The notes beneath the pieces are model-generated. The model worked only from the letters and a program-made list of their open reading frames with translations. It was not told the DNA's origin and ran no database searches. 64,000 nt of DNA. It comes from Alphaproteobacteria bacterium (GTDB taxonomy: Bacteria; Pseudomonadota; Alphaproteobacteria; UBA828). Both the position numbers and the translations under genes were made by a program. Location: assembly GCA_965221125.1 (NCBI GenBank), contig CBDCRW010000006.1, positions 768,001 to 832,000 on the forward strand, read 5' to 3'. Shown here one piece after another: positions 51,464 through 64,000 of the stretch (within the stretch, counting starts at the first letter, position 1; each line of letters starts with the position of its first letter).

Positions 51464-52999
51464 ATGGCCAAGTTTCCGACGGTGCGCACACCGACGATCG
51501 AGGAGATCCTGGATATCGCCGAAGGCTACGGCATGACGATCACCGTTGAGGACGCGGAGTCCTATCGCGGGATCATGGCGGGGACGATCGCGTCCTATCA
51601 CCGGCTCGACGATCTCGACGAGCCGAAGCTTCCGGTGAAGTATCCGCGCAGCCCCGGCTACCGGCCGCCGCCGGAGGAGAACCCCTACCACGCCTGGTAC
51701 TGGAAATCCGAGGTCAAGGGCCGGAGCGGCGGCCCGCTCAAGGGCAAGAAGGTCGCGCTGAAGGACAACATCTGCCTCGCCGGCGTGCCGATGATGAACG
51801 GGGCCACGGTGCTCGAGGGCTACGTGCCCGATATCGACGCGACCGTGGTGACGCGCATTCTCGATGCCGGCGGCACCATCGTCGGCAAGGCCGCCAACAC
51901 CTACCTCTGCTTCGATGGCGGCAGCGCCACCACCGCCACCGGCATGGTCGATAACCCGCACAAGCCGGGCTACACCTGCGGCGGCTCGTCCGCCGGCAGC
52001 GGCGTGCTGGTGCTCACCGGCGAGGCCGACATGGCGCTCGGCGGCGACCAGGGCGGCTCGATCCGCATGCCCGCATGCTGGTCCGGCATCTACGGCCACA
52101 AGCCCACGCACGGGCTGGTCCCCTACACCGGGATCTTCCCCATCGAGCAGACCCTCGACCACACCGGCCCGATGGCGCGCTCGGTGGCGGACGTGGCGAG
52201 CCTGCTCCAGGTCATCGCCGGCCCCGACGGCCACGACCCGCGCCAGATCGGCACCAAGACCCAGCGCTACGTCAACGCGCTCGACAAGGGCGCGAACGGC
52301 ATGAAGATCGGCGTCGTCACCGAGGGCTTCGGCCACCCCGAGAGCGAGGACGCCGTCGACAACACGGTCAGGGCCGCGGTCCGCCGCTTCGCCGAGCTCG
52401 GTGCGGCGGTCGACGAGGTCTCCATCCCCATGCACCGCGACGGGCCGCATATCTGGAACGGCATCGCCGTCGAGGGTGCGACGTCGCTGATGCTGAAGGG
52501 CAACGGCCTCGGCACCAACTGGGAGGGCTACTACACGACCACGCTGCTCGACGCCTACGCCAGGGGCTGGCGCTCGCGGCCGGACGATCTCTCCGAGACG
52601 GTGAAGACGGTCATGATGCTGGGCGACTACATGCACCGCAACTACCACGGCCGCTATTACGCCAAGGCGCAGAACCTGAGCCGCAGGCTGCGCGATACCT
52701 ACGACGCGGCGCTGGCGGAGTACGACGTGCTCGCGATGCCGACGCTGCCGATGCTGGCGACCAAGCTGCCGGAGCCCGACTGCTCGCGCGAGGAATATGT
52801 CGATGTCGCGCTCAACATGCTGGCGAACACCTGCCCGTTCGACGCCACGGGCCATCCGGCCATGACGGTGCCCTGCGGCAAGGAGGACGATTCGCCCGTC
52901 GGCCTGATGCTGATCGGCAAGCGCTACGACGACGCGACCGTCATCCAGGCCGCGGCCGCGTTCGAGTCCCTCGGCGTCTACACGGTGTCGACCGTGTAG
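51464..52999 (+). CDS. Amidase (aliphatic amidase-like)
   Basis: ALKDN, GGSSAGS, GDQGGSIRMPA. Confidence 0.93.
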   Translation: MAKFPTVRTPTIEEILDIAEGYGMTITVEDAESYRGIMAGTIASYHRLDDLDEPKLPVKYPRSPGYRPPPEENPYHAWYWKSEVKGRSGGPLKGKKVALKDNICLAGVPMMNGATVLEGYVPDIDATVVTRILDAGGTIVGKAANTYLCFDGGSATTATGMVDNPHKPGYTCGGSSAGSGVLVLTGEADMALGGDQGGSIRMPACWSGIYGHKPTHGLVPYTGIFPIEQTLDHTGPMARSVADVASLLQVIAGPDGHDPRQIGTKTQRYVNALDKGANGMKIGVVTEGFGHPESEDAVDNTVRAAVRRFAELGAAVDEVSIPMHRDGPHIWNGIAVEGATSLMLKGNGLGTNWEGYYTTTLLDAYARGWRSRPDDLSETVKTVMMLGDYMHRNYHGRYYAKAQNLSRRLRDTYDAALAEYDVLAMPTLPMLATKLPEPDCSREEYVDVALNMLANTCPFDATGHPAMTVPCGKEDDSPVGLMLIGKRYDDATVIQAAAAFESLGVYTVSTV

Positions 53000-53394
53000 C
53001 GCGTATAGCGTGTATCGGGCAGCCGGCCCCGCCGCCGCCGATACCAGGGGCGCCTCCCATCGCGGGCGGCGCCCCACTCTTCCGTTGGGCGCACACCAGC
53101 AGAGCCGGCATGTATTTTGAGGGTGTTCGGCATAGAGCCGAGTGTGCAAGGATTCCCTCCGAGTCACCAAATGACCATCGTGTGGCACACGGCGTTACGG
53201 CGCGGAGGCGATGGTAGTGCGAGGCTTGAAGGTCAGCTACCCAGCTGCTCGCCAGTCCACCAGGATCGACATGGGAGAGAGTGTGAGCATCAACCCCACG
53301 CCAGCGGTGTTGGGGAGCGCCGATTTGCACGGCATGACCACACAGGGCAGGACGCAGAGACCACATTCGTGACGATTCAGTAGAACCTTACGCA

Positions 53395-53871
53395 GTGGCC
53401 ACTTCGTCCAAGGCTTTCGTGGTGGAGTTCAGGGTCGAAGATCCGACACGGATCCGGTCCTACGTGCGTATCGGCAGTCCGATTGGCAAGGACGACAAGA
53501 CCGGAAAACTTCGTCTGACCACATGGGATACGAAATTTACGGCCATCTGGGACACGGGTGCCCCCTTTACGCTTGTGGTTCCGCGTGTCGTACAAACAGC
53601 GAGCCTGAAGCAAAGAGGCTTTAGAAGGGTTGGAGGCATAGGATCGGAGCCGAAGCTACGACCAGCTTATCCGGCCAGCATCATGCTTCTCGCGCCCAAC
53701 TCGCTCGACTTGCAGTTCGTTGACGTGACCATGTTGGAGGATGACGACCAGCTCGATGGGGCCGACGTGCTGATCGGCATGGACATCATCGCGAAGGGAG
53801 AGACCAGAATCGGAAGGAGAAACGGGGAGCTTTGGTTCTCCTTCTCGCTGGAGCAGGATCATGGGCGATAG
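53395..53871 (+). CDS. Retropepsin-like (clan AA) aspartic protease
   Basis: AIWDTGA and DVLIGMDII motifs; 158 aa with no signal peptide. Confidence 0.8.
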   Translation: MATSSKAFVVEFRVEDPTRIRSYVRIGSPIGKDDKTGKLRLTTWDTKFTAIWDTGAPFTLVVPRVVQTASLKQRGFRRVGGIGSEPKLRPAYPASIMLLAPNSLDLQFVDVTMLEDDDQLDGADVLIGMDIIAKGETRIGRRNGELWFSFSLEQDHGR

Positions 53872-54106
53872 GCAAGACTACGACCAGAACGCAGACTTCG
53901 ACTTCTTTGTCGAGCAGTTGCCTGCGCTCCTTGATGATCACCAAGGACAGGTGGTGCTCATCAATCGAAGGAAAATCGTGGGCTACTTCGATACGATGCA
54001 AGACGCAGTGGATGCGGGAATCGAGAGGTTTGGACCGGAGAGATTCATCGCTCAGGAAATCCTCAGCGATGATTCTGCGCCCATCGCGTATTCGCTCGCG
54101 TACTGA
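53861..54106 (+). CDS. Small acidic protein (DUF5678-like)
   Basis: [27 protein letters not shown]; overlaps the end of the protease gene. Confidence 0.65.
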   Translation: MGDRQDYDQNADFDFFVEQLPALLDDHQGQVVLINRRKIVGYFDTMQDAVDAGIERFGPERFIAQEILSDDSAPIAYSLAY

Positions 54107-54192
54107 AGGCCAGTCGGCCGCGAAGCCTCGGTGAGCCAGCCGCCCGCCGACCGCATCACAGCCGGTCGGCGTCTTGCGCTTTTCCGTCAGCC

Positions 54193-54597
54193 TCAGCCGA
54201 TGACGGCGGTGACCTCGACCTCGCAGCGGACGTCCGGCGAATAGAGGGCTTGCACGCCCATCAGCGTCATCGAGGGCGGCGTGAGGCCGGCGAAAAGCGT
54301 CCTGTTGGCCTCGTTCACCACCTCGCCTTCCTCGGGCACGTAGTTGGCGACGTAGGTGTTCAGCCGGACGATGTCGGCCACCGTCCCGCCCGCTTCGGCG
54401 AGCACGCGGCGGATGTTCTCGTGCGCCTGGGCGAGCTGGCTGGCGAGGTCCGCGCCCACCGACTCGCTCTTCTCGTTCCAGCCCACCTGGCCCGAGAGGT
54501 AGACGGTCTTGCCTCCCTCGGCCACGACCGCGTGGCTGAGGCCGTAGGTGAGATAGTCCGGCACGTTGTCGGGGTTGATGTGGGTGAGCTTGGCCAT
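54193..54597 (-). CDS. RidA/YjgF family protein
   Basis: [30 protein letters not shown]. Confidence 0.9.
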   Translation of the reverse strand: MAKLTHINPDNVPDYLTYGLSHAVVAEGGKTVYLSGQVGWNEKSESVGADLASQLAQAHENIRRVLAEAGGTVADIVRLNTYVANYVPEEGEVVNEANRTLFAGLTPPSMTLMGVQALYSPDVRCEVEVTAVIG

Positions 54598-54636
54598 GGG
54601 ACTCTCCGTCGTTTGCGGGCGGCGCGCCGGCGCGCC

Positions 54637-56331
<1,695 letters not shown>

Positions 56332-56392
56332 CGTCCGTCCTCGCCTTGCCCGGTCGCAACGTCCGTCTGCCGACGCTGGCGCGAGGTGCCGG

Positions 56393-56465
<73 letters not shown>

Positions 56466-56542
56466 GTCCGCCGGCATAGGCGCCTGTGTATAGGGCAGAG
56501 AACGGCACCTGTCCATGCGCAGCCCGCCCTTTCGGGCCGGAA

Positions 56543-57508
56543 TTACAGGGTCAGATACTGCACCGCGGTGAAGGCGGCGTAGCCGAGCAGCAGAAGCACG
56601 CCGAAGGGCCGCCCCAGGCGCACGCCGGTGAGCGCCACCGCGATCACGAGCCCGGTTATGGCGGCCAGCACCCAGATGTCGAGGTGCAGGATTTCGTCCG
56701 GCACCGGCAGCGGCGTCACCACGGTGACGACGCCGAGGATCGCCAGGATGTTGAACAGGCTGGAGCCGAGCACGTTGCCGAGGGCCACGTCCGCGTGCTT
56801 GCGGTAGGCGGCCACCACGGTGGTCGCGAGCTCCGGCAGCGACGTGCCGACCGCGACGACCGTGATCCCGATCACCGTCTCGGTGATGCCGAGGCCGCGC
56901 GCGATGATCGTCGCGGCGCCGACCATGAGGTGGGCGCCGACGCTGACGCCTGCGAGCCCGGCCAGCGCGAGCAGCCCGGCGAGCCAGGCGGATCGCGGCA
57001 GGTGCTGGCGTTCCTCCGCCTCATGCCGATGGAGGGCTCCCACGTGGCCCCCCAGCCGGCGCTCGTGCCAGTAGGAGGCGCAGGTGAGAATCCCGAGGAG
57101 GATCAGCATCACCGCGCCCTGCCAGGCGACGAGCGTGCCCATGTAGACGAACACGGTGAGCAGCGCGGTGGCCCCGACCAGCGCCCCGCCATCGCGCATA
57201 ACTGCCCGCTTCGAGACCATGACCGGCGTGATCACGATGGCGAGGCCGAAGATGAGCATGAGGTTCGCGACGTTGCTGCCGATCACGTTGCCGAAGGCGA
57301 TGCCGGTCGAGCCCCGGAGCGCGGCCTGCAGGGTGACCACCAGCTCCGGCATCGAGGTGCCGAAGGCCACGACAGTGGCGCCGATCAGCAGCGGCGAGAC
57401 GTTCAGCCGCTGGGCCAGCGAGACCGCGCCCCGCACCAGCGCCTCGCCGCCCGCGAAAAGCAGGATGAAGCCGCCGACGAGCTGGATATGGGTGAGCGGT
57501 TCGAGCAT
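56543..57508 (-). CDS. Ca2+/Na+ antiporter (YrbG family)
   Basis: Duplicated GTS(M/L)PEL and GNV(I/L)GS motifs. Confidence 0.92.
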   Translation of the reverse strand: MLEPLTHIQLVGGFILLFAGGEALVRGAVSLAQRLNVSPLLIGATVVAFGTSMPELVVTLQAALRGSTGIAFGNVIGSNVANLMLIFGLAIVITPVMVSKRAVMRDGGALVGATALLTVFVYMGTLVAWQGAVMLILLGILTCASYWHERRLGGHVGALHRHEAEERQHLPRSAWLAGLLALAGLAGVSVGAHLMVGAATIIARGLGITETVIGITVVAVGTSLPELATTVVAAYRKHADVALGNVLGSSLFNILAILGVVTVVTPLPVPDEILHLDIWVLAAITGLVIAVALTGVRLGRPFGVLLLLGYAAFTAVQYLTL

Positions 57509-57526
57509 CCGTGCCTGCGGCCTCGT

Positions 57527-58885
57527 TCAGCCTCGCTCGACGGCGAAGCGGCCGTGCGGCCGCGCCGGATCGGCGATGAGCCTGAGCGGCACGCCGAGCC
57601 AGCGCTGCAGCACGCCGTCGCCGGGGGCCGCGAGCGCGTCGAGCAGGGCGGGGCCGGCCCGCAGCGTGAGCGCCCGTGCGCCGCTCGCTGCTTCGCGCCG
57701 CGCGGCGGCCGCCGCCTCGTGGGCTGCTGCCTCCAGCCGCATCCTGCGCCCGCTGAAGGCGCTGCCCGCGGGCTCCGTGAGCGCCTGACGCAGGCTCGGG
57801 CCGAGCCGCCGGCGGTTGACCTCCACCACGCCGCCGGCGGTGACGCCGAGCACGCGGTGGGGAGTCCGGTCCGCCTTCAGCGCACGCCCGAGGGCGGCAA
57901 GCTGGGCCTCGCGCCGGCGGGCGCCGCCCCGGCCCGCGAAGTCGATGGCGATCAGTCCGCCCAGATTGCGGAGCACGATCTCGTGGCCGGCGGCCTCGGC
58001 GGTCTCCGCCGCGGCGGCACCTGTGGCCTGGCTCGTGTCCACGTCGATCGCGGTGAGCGCGCGCGTCTCCTCGATGGTGAGCCGCGCGCCGCCGGAGAGC
58101 GCGACCTCGGGCTCCAGCGCCGCCGCCAGCCGGCCCGCGCAATCGTGACGCTCGAAGAGCGGCGGCGACGCATCGGCGAGCGCGAGCGCGGGCACGAGGT
58201 CCGGCGCCTCGCGCGCGGCCAGCGCGCCGGCCCGGTCGAGCGAAGCGCGGTCGTCGATGGCGATGGTCGTCGTTCCGGGCCGCGCCACGTCGCGCAGCAG
58301 GCGCCCGAGCAGGCCGCCCCCCTGCCAGAGGCGCCGGGGCGTCCGGTCGCGCCGGGCCTCGGCCTCGATGTCTCGCCAGCGTGCCGCCAGCGCAGCCGCG
58401 GCGGCCGGCACCTCGTTCGGGCGCGCAGCCGCGGCGGCCCTGATCGTCACCGCGCCGCCGGTTACAGCGGCCTCGTCGAGTGACGCGCCGATCGCACGCC
58501 GCGTCTCGGGGTCACGGAGGCGGCGCGAATACGCGATGCCCTGGCCGCCGGGGCGGAACGTGGCGAAGCGGCCCGCCAGCACCGGCCGCCGCGTGACCCT
58601 GGCGCGCTTGCCCTCGTAGGCGTCGCAGACGACCTGCACGACGGGCAGCGCACCGTCCGCGTCGAGCCCGCGCGCTCCCTGGAGGAACGCCTCCTCGCCG
58701 TCGCCGATCTCGACGATGCAGGCGTCGATCCCCGTCAGCCTGCCGAGCGGCCGCGCCACGTGCAGGTCGCCGATGCGGCTCGGCCTCGTGCTCCACTCGA
58801 CGAAGAACGCGACCGGCCGGCCGCCGGCGATCGCCGCCGCCTGCATGCCATAGGGGGTCGCGGTGATGAGTAACGCGTCGCCCAT
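57527..58885 (-). CDS. RNase E/G family protein
   Basis: S1-like N-terminus, IEETRALTAIDVD, LRNLGGLIAIDF. Confidence 0.85.
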   Translation of the reverse strand: MGDALLITATPYGMQAAAIAGGRPVAFFVEWSTRPSRIGDLHVARPLGRLTGIDACIVEIGDGEEAFLQGARGLDADGALPVVQVVCDAYEGKRARVTRRPVLAGRFATFRPGGQGIAYSRRLRDPETRRAIGASLDEAAVTGGAVTIRAAAAARPNEVPAAAAALAARWRDIEAEARRDRTPRRLWQGGGLLGRLLRDVARPGTTTIAIDDRASLDRAGALAAREAPDLVPALALADASPPLFERHDCAGRLAAALEPEVALSGGARLTIEETRALTAIDVDTSQATGAAAAETAEAAGHEIVLRNLGGLIAIDFAGRGGARRREAQLAALGRALKADRTPHRVLGVTAGGVVEVNRRRLGPSLRQALTEPAGSAFSGRRMRLEAAAHEAAAAARREAASGARALTLRAGPALLDALAAPGDGVLQRWLGVPLRLIADPARPHGRFAVERG

Positions 58886-58893
58886 CGCCCCGA

Positions 58894-59502
58894 TCAGATG
58901 GTGCTCGGCGACCTGGGCGGCAAGCCGAGACCGACCAGCATCCGGTAGGTCTCGTGCAGCGGCAGCCCCACGACGTTGCTGTAGGAGCCGCCGACGAAGC
59001 GGATGTACGCCGCCGCCCGGCCCTGGATCGCATAGCCGCCGGCCTTCCCCCGCCACTCGCCGCAGGCGAGGTAGGCGGCCACCTCCTCCGCCGAGAGCCG
59101 CTTGAACGTCACCGCGGTCCGCACCAGCCGGCTCGCCGCACGGCCCGAGGGGTCGATCGCCGTCACCCCGCCGAAGACCCGGTGGCGCCGCCCGGAGAGG
59201 AGGGAGAGGCAGCGCCGCGCCTCCTCCTCCGTTTCCGCCTTGCCGAGGATTCGCCGCCCGCACGCCACCACCGTGTCGGCGCCAAGGACGAACGCCCCCG
59301 GATGGCGGGCCGCGACGGCCTCCGCTTTGGCGTGAGCGAGCCGGGCCGCGTGCGCCTCCGGCCGCTCGCCGGGGCGCGCCGCCTCGTCGAGTTGCGCAGG
59401 CTCCACCACGTCCGGCGCATAGCCGATCTGCTCCAGCAGCGCGCGGCGGCGGGGCGATGCCGAGGCGAGCACCAAGGGCGGGCGGGGCGCGGCGGCGGGC
59501 AC
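58894..59502 (-). CDS. maf: Maf nucleotide pyrophosphatase
   Basis: LASASPRR, GADTVV, KAGGYAIQG, YSNVVGLP. Confidence 0.95.
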   Translation of the reverse strand: MPAAAPRPPLVLASASPRRRALLEQIGYAPDVVEPAQLDEAARPGERPEAHAARLAHAKAEAVAARHPGAFVLGADTVVACGRRILGKAETEEEARRCLSLLSGRRHRVFGGVTAIDPSGRAASRLVRTAVTFKRLSAEEVAAYLACGEWRGKAGGYAIQGRAAAYIRFVGGSYSNVVGLPLHETYRMLVGLGLPPRSPSTI

Positions 59503-59504
59503 GC

Positions 59505-59951
59505 TCAGACCACCGGCGGGCGGGGCGCGCCGAAGCGCTCCCGCAGCCTCTCCAGGAGCCCGTCGCGCACCTCGCGGTAGGCGAACAGCCGGGCCTCGCG
59601 GTTGCCCTCGACGACGCTGGGATCGAGGGTGTGCCAGAACTCCACCTTGCAGTGGGCCGTGCGGGTGAGCTCGATGGCCCTGTGCTGGGCCTCCGGCGAG
59701 AGCGAGACGACCATGTCGAAGGCGTCGCTTTCGAGATCGTCGAAGGTCTTGGGCCGGTGGCTGCCGATGTCGATCCCGATTTCCTCCATGACGAGGACCG
59801 CGAAGGGATCACGCCCGCCGCCGCTGCGCACGCCCGCCGAATCCACGAAGAGCCGGGTGCCGAAGAGGCTCTTCATCAGGCCCTCCGCCATGGGCGAGCG
59901 CACCGAGTTCCACGTGCACGCGAAGAGGATGCTGCCGGGTAGCGTGCCCAT
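59505..59951 (-). CDS. Low-molecular-weight phosphatase / ArsC-like protein
   Basis: CTWNSVRSPMAE, DSAG, DP. Confidence 0.88.
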   Translation of the reverse strand: MGTLPGSILFACTWNSVRSPMAEGLMKSLFGTRLFVDSAGVRSGGGRDPFAVLVMEEIGIDIGSHRPKTFDDLESDAFDMVVSLSPEAQHRAIELTRTAHCKVEFWHTLDPSVVEGNREARLFAYREVRDGLLERLRERFGAPRPPVV

Positions 59952-59959
59952 GGCCGCGG

Positions 59960-60445
59960 CTACGCCCGGACATGGAGTGCATGGACGAGCGTGAACAGCT
60001 GCCGCGCCGTCGTCTCGTCGATAGCGATGGCGCCGGCAAGCTCGCGGCGGATGATCTCGGCGCCGTCGTTGTGGCAGGCACGCCGGCCCATGTCGATCGC
60101 CTCGATGCGGGACCGCGGCGCGGTCCTGATCGCCTCGTGGTAGGTGTCGCAGATGGTCGCGTAATCGCGCAGCGTCTGGCGGAGCGAGCCGAGGTGCAGC
60201 ACGGCATGGACCTGCGGCACGCCCAGGTCGTTCTCGACATCGAGGAGGAGCCGCCCCTCCTCGCGGCCGATGCGCAGCCGATAGGGGCCGCCCGATCCGC
60301 CGGCCGGGGCGAAGGTGTTCTCCTCCAGCAGGTCGTGGATGGCGATGCGGCGCTCGTGCTCGTAGTCCGGGCCGCGCCGGAATCCCGCACTGGGGTCCAG
60401 CACGACCTCGACCAGCCGGTCCGTGCCGGCCGGGTCCCGGTCCAC
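59960..60445 (-). CDS. UPF0262 family protein
   Basis: EHERRIAI.DLLEEN.F, IEAIDMGRR..HN; downstream of hisD. Confidence 0.88.
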   Translation of the reverse strand: MDRDPAGTDRLVEVVLDPSAGFRRGPDYEHERRIAIHDLLEENTFAPAGGSGGPYRLRIGREEGRLLLDVENDLGVPQVHAVLHLGSLRQTLRDYATICDTYHEAIRTAPRSRIEAIDMGRRACHNDGAEIIRRELAGAIAIDETTARQLFTLVHALHVRA

Positions 60446-60449
60446 GGGC

Positions 60450-61751
60450 TCACTCCGACCCGCCGCCGAGCCTGAGCGCCACCGAGAGCGCGTGGGCGTC
60501 GAGGCCCTCGGCTTCGGCGAGCGTCACGGCCGCCGGGCCGATCCGCGCGAGGCTCGCGGCGTCGCAGCCGACGAAGGTCGTGCGCTTGAGGAAATCCAGG
60601 GGTGAAAGGCCTGAGGAGAAGCGGGCGCTGCGGGCCGTCGGCAGCACGTGGTTGGGGCCCGCCACGTAGTCGCCGATCGCTTCAGGCGTGTGCCGGCCGA
60701 GGAAGATGGCGCCGGCGCTGGTCACGGCCTCGGCCAGGCGCTCCGGCTCGGCCACCGCAAGCTCCAGGTGCTCCGGCGCCAGGCGATTGATGAGCGCCGG
60801 CGCTTCGTCGAGCGCGCCCACGACGATCACCGCGCCGTGCTCCCGCCAGCTCGCGGCCGCGATGGCGGCGCGCGGCAGCCGCGCCAGATGCCCCGCCACC
60901 GCGTGCCTCACGCGGGCGGCGAAGGCGCGATCGTCCGTGATCAGGATCGCCTGCGCGTCCTCGTCGTGTTCGGCCTGGGAGAGCAGGTCCGCCGCGATCC
61001 ATTCCGGCTCGTTGGCAGAATCGGCGACCACCAGGATCTCGGAGGGGCCCGCGATCATGTCGATGCCGACGGTGCCGAAGACGAGGCGCTTGGCGGCGGC
61101 CACGTAGGCGTTGCCGGGCCCTACGATCTTGTCCACCGGCCGGATGGTCTCGGTGCCCCAGGCGAGCGCGGCGACGGCCTGCGCGCCGCCCACGCGGTAG
61201 ATTTCCGCCACGCCGGCGACCTCGGCGGCGGCCATGACCGCAGGGTCCAATGCACCGTCCGGCGTCGGCACCGCCATGGCGATGCGCTCCACGCCCGCGA
61301 CCCGCGCGGGGATGGCGTTCATCAGCACGGTGCTGGGATAGGCGGCCGTGCCGCCCGGCACGTAGAGCCCGACCGCATCCAGCGGCCGCCAGCGGGCGCC
61401 CAGCCTCACGCCGGCTGTGTCGCGGTAGTCGAGATCGGCCGGCATGAGGCGGCGGTGGAAGGCCTCGATGCGCTCCGCCGCCTGCACCAGCGCGTCCCGC
61501 ACCGCGTTGGGCGCGGCTGCGGCAGCGGCGGCACGCTCGTCCTCCGACAGCCGGATCGTGCCGGGCGTGAGCGCGATGCGGTCGAAGCGCGCCGTGTAGT
61601 CCAGCAGCGCCGCGTCGCCGCCGTCGCGCACCGCGCCCACGATCGCCGCCGCCTCGCGGTCGACGTTTTCCGCCACGCCGCGCCGGGCCGCGAGCAGGGC
61701 GTCGAAGGCCGCCGAGAAACCCGCGCCGGCGCTATCGAGCGTGCGCGCCAT
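60450..61751 (-). CDS. hisD: Histidinol dehydrogenase
   Basis: [29 protein letters not shown]. Confidence 0.97.
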   Translation of the reverse strand: MARTLDSAGAGFSAAFDALLAARRGVAENVDREAAAIVGAVRDGGDAALLDYTARFDRIALTPGTIRLSEDERAAAAAAAPNAVRDALVQAAERIEAFHRRLMPADLDYRDTAGVRLGARWRPLDAVGLYVPGGTAAYPSTVLMNAIPARVAGVERIAMAVPTPDGALDPAVMAAAEVAGVAEIYRVGGAQAVAALAWGTETIRPVDKIVGPGNAYVAAAKRLVFGTVGIDMIAGPSEILVVADSANEPEWIAADLLSQAEHDEDAQAILITDDRAFAARVRHAVAGHLARLPRAAIAAASWREHGAVIVVGALDEAPALINRLAPEHLELAVAEPERLAEAVTSAGAIFLGRHTPEAIGDYVAGPNHVLPTARSARFSSGLSPLDFLKRTTFVGCDAASLARIGPAAVTLAEAEGLDAHALSVALRLGGGSE

Positions 61752-62397
61752 TCACCGCCTCGCCGAAGCGCTCGATCCAGGTCTGGAGCTCGCCGGCCCG
61801 GGTCTTGAGCGCCGTGCGGTTGACCACGAGCCGCGACGAGATGTCGGCGATGTGCTCGACCTCGACCAGGCCGTTGGCCCGGAGCGTCGCCCCGGATTCC
61901 ACGAGATCGACGATTCGGCGGCAAAGGCCGAGCCCCGGCGCCAGCTCTATCGCGCCGTTGAGCTTGATGCACTCCGCCTGGACGCCGCGGGCCGCGAAGT
62001 GCCGGCGGGTCACGTGCGGATACTTGGTGGCCACCCGCACGTGGCTCCAGCGCGAGGGATCGTCGCCCGTCGCCAGCGCCGCCGGCTCCGCCACCACCAT
62101 GCGGCAGAGCCCGATGCCGAGGTCCAGCGGCGCGTAGATTTCCCGGTAGTCGAACTCCATCAGCACGTCGTTGCCGACCACGCCGAGCTGGGCCGCGCCG
62201 AAGGCGACGAAGGTGGCGACGTCGAAGCTGCGCACCCGAATCAGCCCGAGCCCCGGCTCCGAGGTCGAGAAGCGGAGTTGCCGCGCGTCATCATCCGCGA
62301 ACGCAGGCTCCGGCTCGATTCCGGCGCGCGCAAGCAGGGGGCCAAGCTCGCGCGCGATCCTGCCCTTGGGCAGCGCCAGCAGCAGGCCGTCGCTCAT
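61732..62397 (-). CDS. hisG: ATP phosphoribosyltransferase (short form)
   Basis: [35 protein letters not shown]. Confidence 0.95.
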   Translation of the reverse strand: MSDGLLLALPKGRIARELGPLLARAGIEPEPAFADDDARQLRFSTSEPGLGLIRVRSFDVATFVAFGAAQLGVVGNDVLMEFDYREIYAPLDLGIGLCRMVVAEPAALATGDDPSRWSHVRVATKYPHVTRRHFAARGVQAECIKLNGAIELAPGLGLCRRIVDLVESGATLRANGLVEVEHIADISSRLVVNRTALKTRAGELQTWIERFGEAVNGAHAR

Positions 62398-62837
62398 GGG
62401 GCGGACTCCGGCTCCGCCGGCAACGCCGGCCAGGGCTCCTCCAGGTCCTGGAAGAGGCACGCGAGGTGCCCGGTCTCGATCCACACCTCGCCGCCGTCCT
62501 GGAACAGGAGCCGCACCACCGTCGCCGACCGGCCGGGCTCGGCGACAATGCCCGCGAGCTTGAGCAGCCGCGCAGGCTCCGTGCGGTCGATCCCGCGCAG
62601 CTTGACCGCGCACACGTCGTCGAAGTGGATCGCCGCCTTCGCCTGGCCGGCGGGGCCGCCCGCGGCCGCGCGGCAGCGGCGCACGACGATGGCCGCGAAG
62701 CGGTTGTCGGCGGGCTCGAAGGCCATCTCGCCCACCGCGAAGACCGCGTCCTCGAGGCACGCCGAGATCACGGCGAGATCGCCGGCGTCTTCCGCCCGCA
62801 GCTTGAGACGCGCCGATGCAGTCGCCGATGCAGTCAA
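62394..62837 (-). CDS. DUF2948 family protein
   Basis: [20 protein letters not shown]; downstream of murA; TTG start assumed. Confidence 0.8.
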   Translation of the reverse strand: MTASATASARLKLRAEDAGDLAVISACLEDAVFAVGEMAFEPADNRFAAIVVRRCRAAAGGPAGQAKAAIHFDDVCAVKLRGIDRTEPARLLKLAGIVAEPGRSATVVRLLFQDGGEVWIETGHLACLFQDLEEPWPALPAEPESAP

Positions 62838-64000
62838 TGATGGACCCGGTCGATGTCGGCGCCGCAAGCCGCGAGCTTGTCCTCGATCCGCTCGTAGCCG
62901 CGATCGAGGTGGTAGACGCGGTGCACCACGGTCTCGCCCGCAGCGGCGAGCCCGGCGATGACCAGCGACGACGAGGCCCGCAGGTCGGTCGCCATCACCT
63001 GCGCGCCGGTGAGCGACGGGACGCCGCGCACCAGCGCGCTGCCGCCGCGCACCGCGATATCCGCGCCCATGCGGCGCAGCTCTTGTACGTGCATGAAGCG
63101 GTTCTCGAAGATCGTCTCGGTGATCATGGCGGCGCCGTCGGCAACCGTCATGAGCGCCATCGCCTGGGCCTGGAGGTCGGTGGGAAAGCCGGGATAGGGC
63201 TGCGTCGTCACGTCCGTGGCGTTGGGTCGGCCGTTGCCGCGCACCCTGAGCCCGCGCGGGGTCTCGGCGACGGCGACGCCGCTGGCCTCCAGGTAGTCGA
63301 GCAGGGAGCGCAGGAGCGCCGCCGGCGCGCCGGCAAGCTCGACGTCGCCGCCGACGATGGCCGCGGCCAGCGCGTAGGTTCCGGCCTCGATCCTGTCGCT
63401 CACCACGTGGTGCTCGGCGCCGGACAGCGTCTCCCGGCCCTGGATCACCAGCTCGTCGCTGCCGACCCCGGCGATGTCGGCGCCCATCGCGTTGAGGCAG
63501 AGGGCGAGATCGGCGATCTCGGGCTCCCGCGCCGCGTTGCGGATGACCGTCTCGCCGTCGGCCAGCGTCGCCGCCATCATCAGGTTCTCGGTGGCGCCCA
63601 CCGAGGCGAAGGGCAGCCTGATCTCGGCGCCCCGCAGCCGGCCGCGCACGTGGGCGCGGATGTCGCCGTCCTCCAGCACGACCTGGGCGCCCAGCCGGGT
63701 GAGCCCGTCTATGTGCAGGTCCACGGGGCGGGAGCCGATGGCGCAGCCGCCGGGGAGCGAGACGGTGGCCCGCCCGGTGCGGGCGAGCAGCGGCCCCAGC
63801 ACCAGGATGGAGGCGCGCATGCGGCTCACCAGCTCGTAGGGCGCCCGGGTGTCGCTGATCTGGCGGGCGCGGAGCGAGAGCACGCGGCCCGCGTTGCCGC
63901 CGCGGCGCGCATTCCCTTCCATGCCGATCTCGACGCCGTGCTGGGCGAGGAGGTGGGCCAGCGTGGTGATGTCGGTGAGGTGAGGGATGTTCGAGAGCGT
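62834..64000 (-). CDS. murA: UDP-N-acetylglucosamine 1-carboxyvinyltransferase (5' end outside the window)
   Basis: [38 protein letters not shown]. Confidence 0.97.
   Translation of the reverse strand, partial: TLSNIPHLTDITTLAHLLAQHGVEIGMEGNARRGGNAGRVLSLRARQISDTRAPYELVSRMRASILVLGPLLARTGRATVSLPGGCAIGSRPVDLHIDGLTRLGAQVVLEDGDIRAHVRGRLRGAEIRLPFASVGATENLMMAATLADGETVIRNAAREPEIADLALCLNAMGADIAGVGSDELVIQGRETLSGAEHHVVSDRIEAGTYALAAAIVGGDVELAGAPAALLRSLLDYLEASGVAVAETPRGLRVRGNGRPNATDVTTQPYPGFPTDLQAQAMALMTVADGAAMITETIFENRFMHVQELRRMGADIAVRGGSALVRGVPSLTGAQVMATDLRASSSLVIAGLAAAGETVVHRVYHLDRGYERIEDKLAACGADIDRVHH

Overview
GC-rich alphaproteobacterial chromosome segment. Bases 1-21.5 kb are stacked mobile DNA downstream of a tRNA-Glu gene. 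An older, decayed island (IS21, a Ni-transporter-like gene, an internally deleted integrase) lies at left. It is followed by a ~16.6 kb phage-satellite-like element bounded by a 15-bp duplication of the tRNA-Glu 3' end (4940-4954 / 21496-21510). That element encodes a P4-type integrase, AlpA, a primase-helicase, an iteron origin, TerL, HNH, an HK97-type capsid, prohead protease, head-tail connector and portal, with no tail or lysis genes, which is the capsid-forming PICI layout. terL is split by an IS1380 (TTAA duplication). The capsid gene has an in-frame amber codon and is split by a 4.6 kb four-gene TGT...ACA transposon (5-bp CATGC duplication) carrying a Zn-finger-like ORF, a DDE transposase, an ExeA-type ATPase and a second RecA/RepA-like ATPase. 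The leaders of alpA and the capsid gene share a twin-hairpin motif whose stems covary. Bases 21.6-64 kb are mostly housekeeping genes (recJ, glpX, hom, phaC, argC, rpsI, rplM, polA, lon, clpX, clpP, tig, xth, znuA, rng-like, maf, hisD, hisG, murA, three more tRNAs). Smaller oddities there include a retropepsin/small-protein pair, a 10-bp tandem array and a probable Zur box. All calls come from reading motifs by eye; no database search was run.
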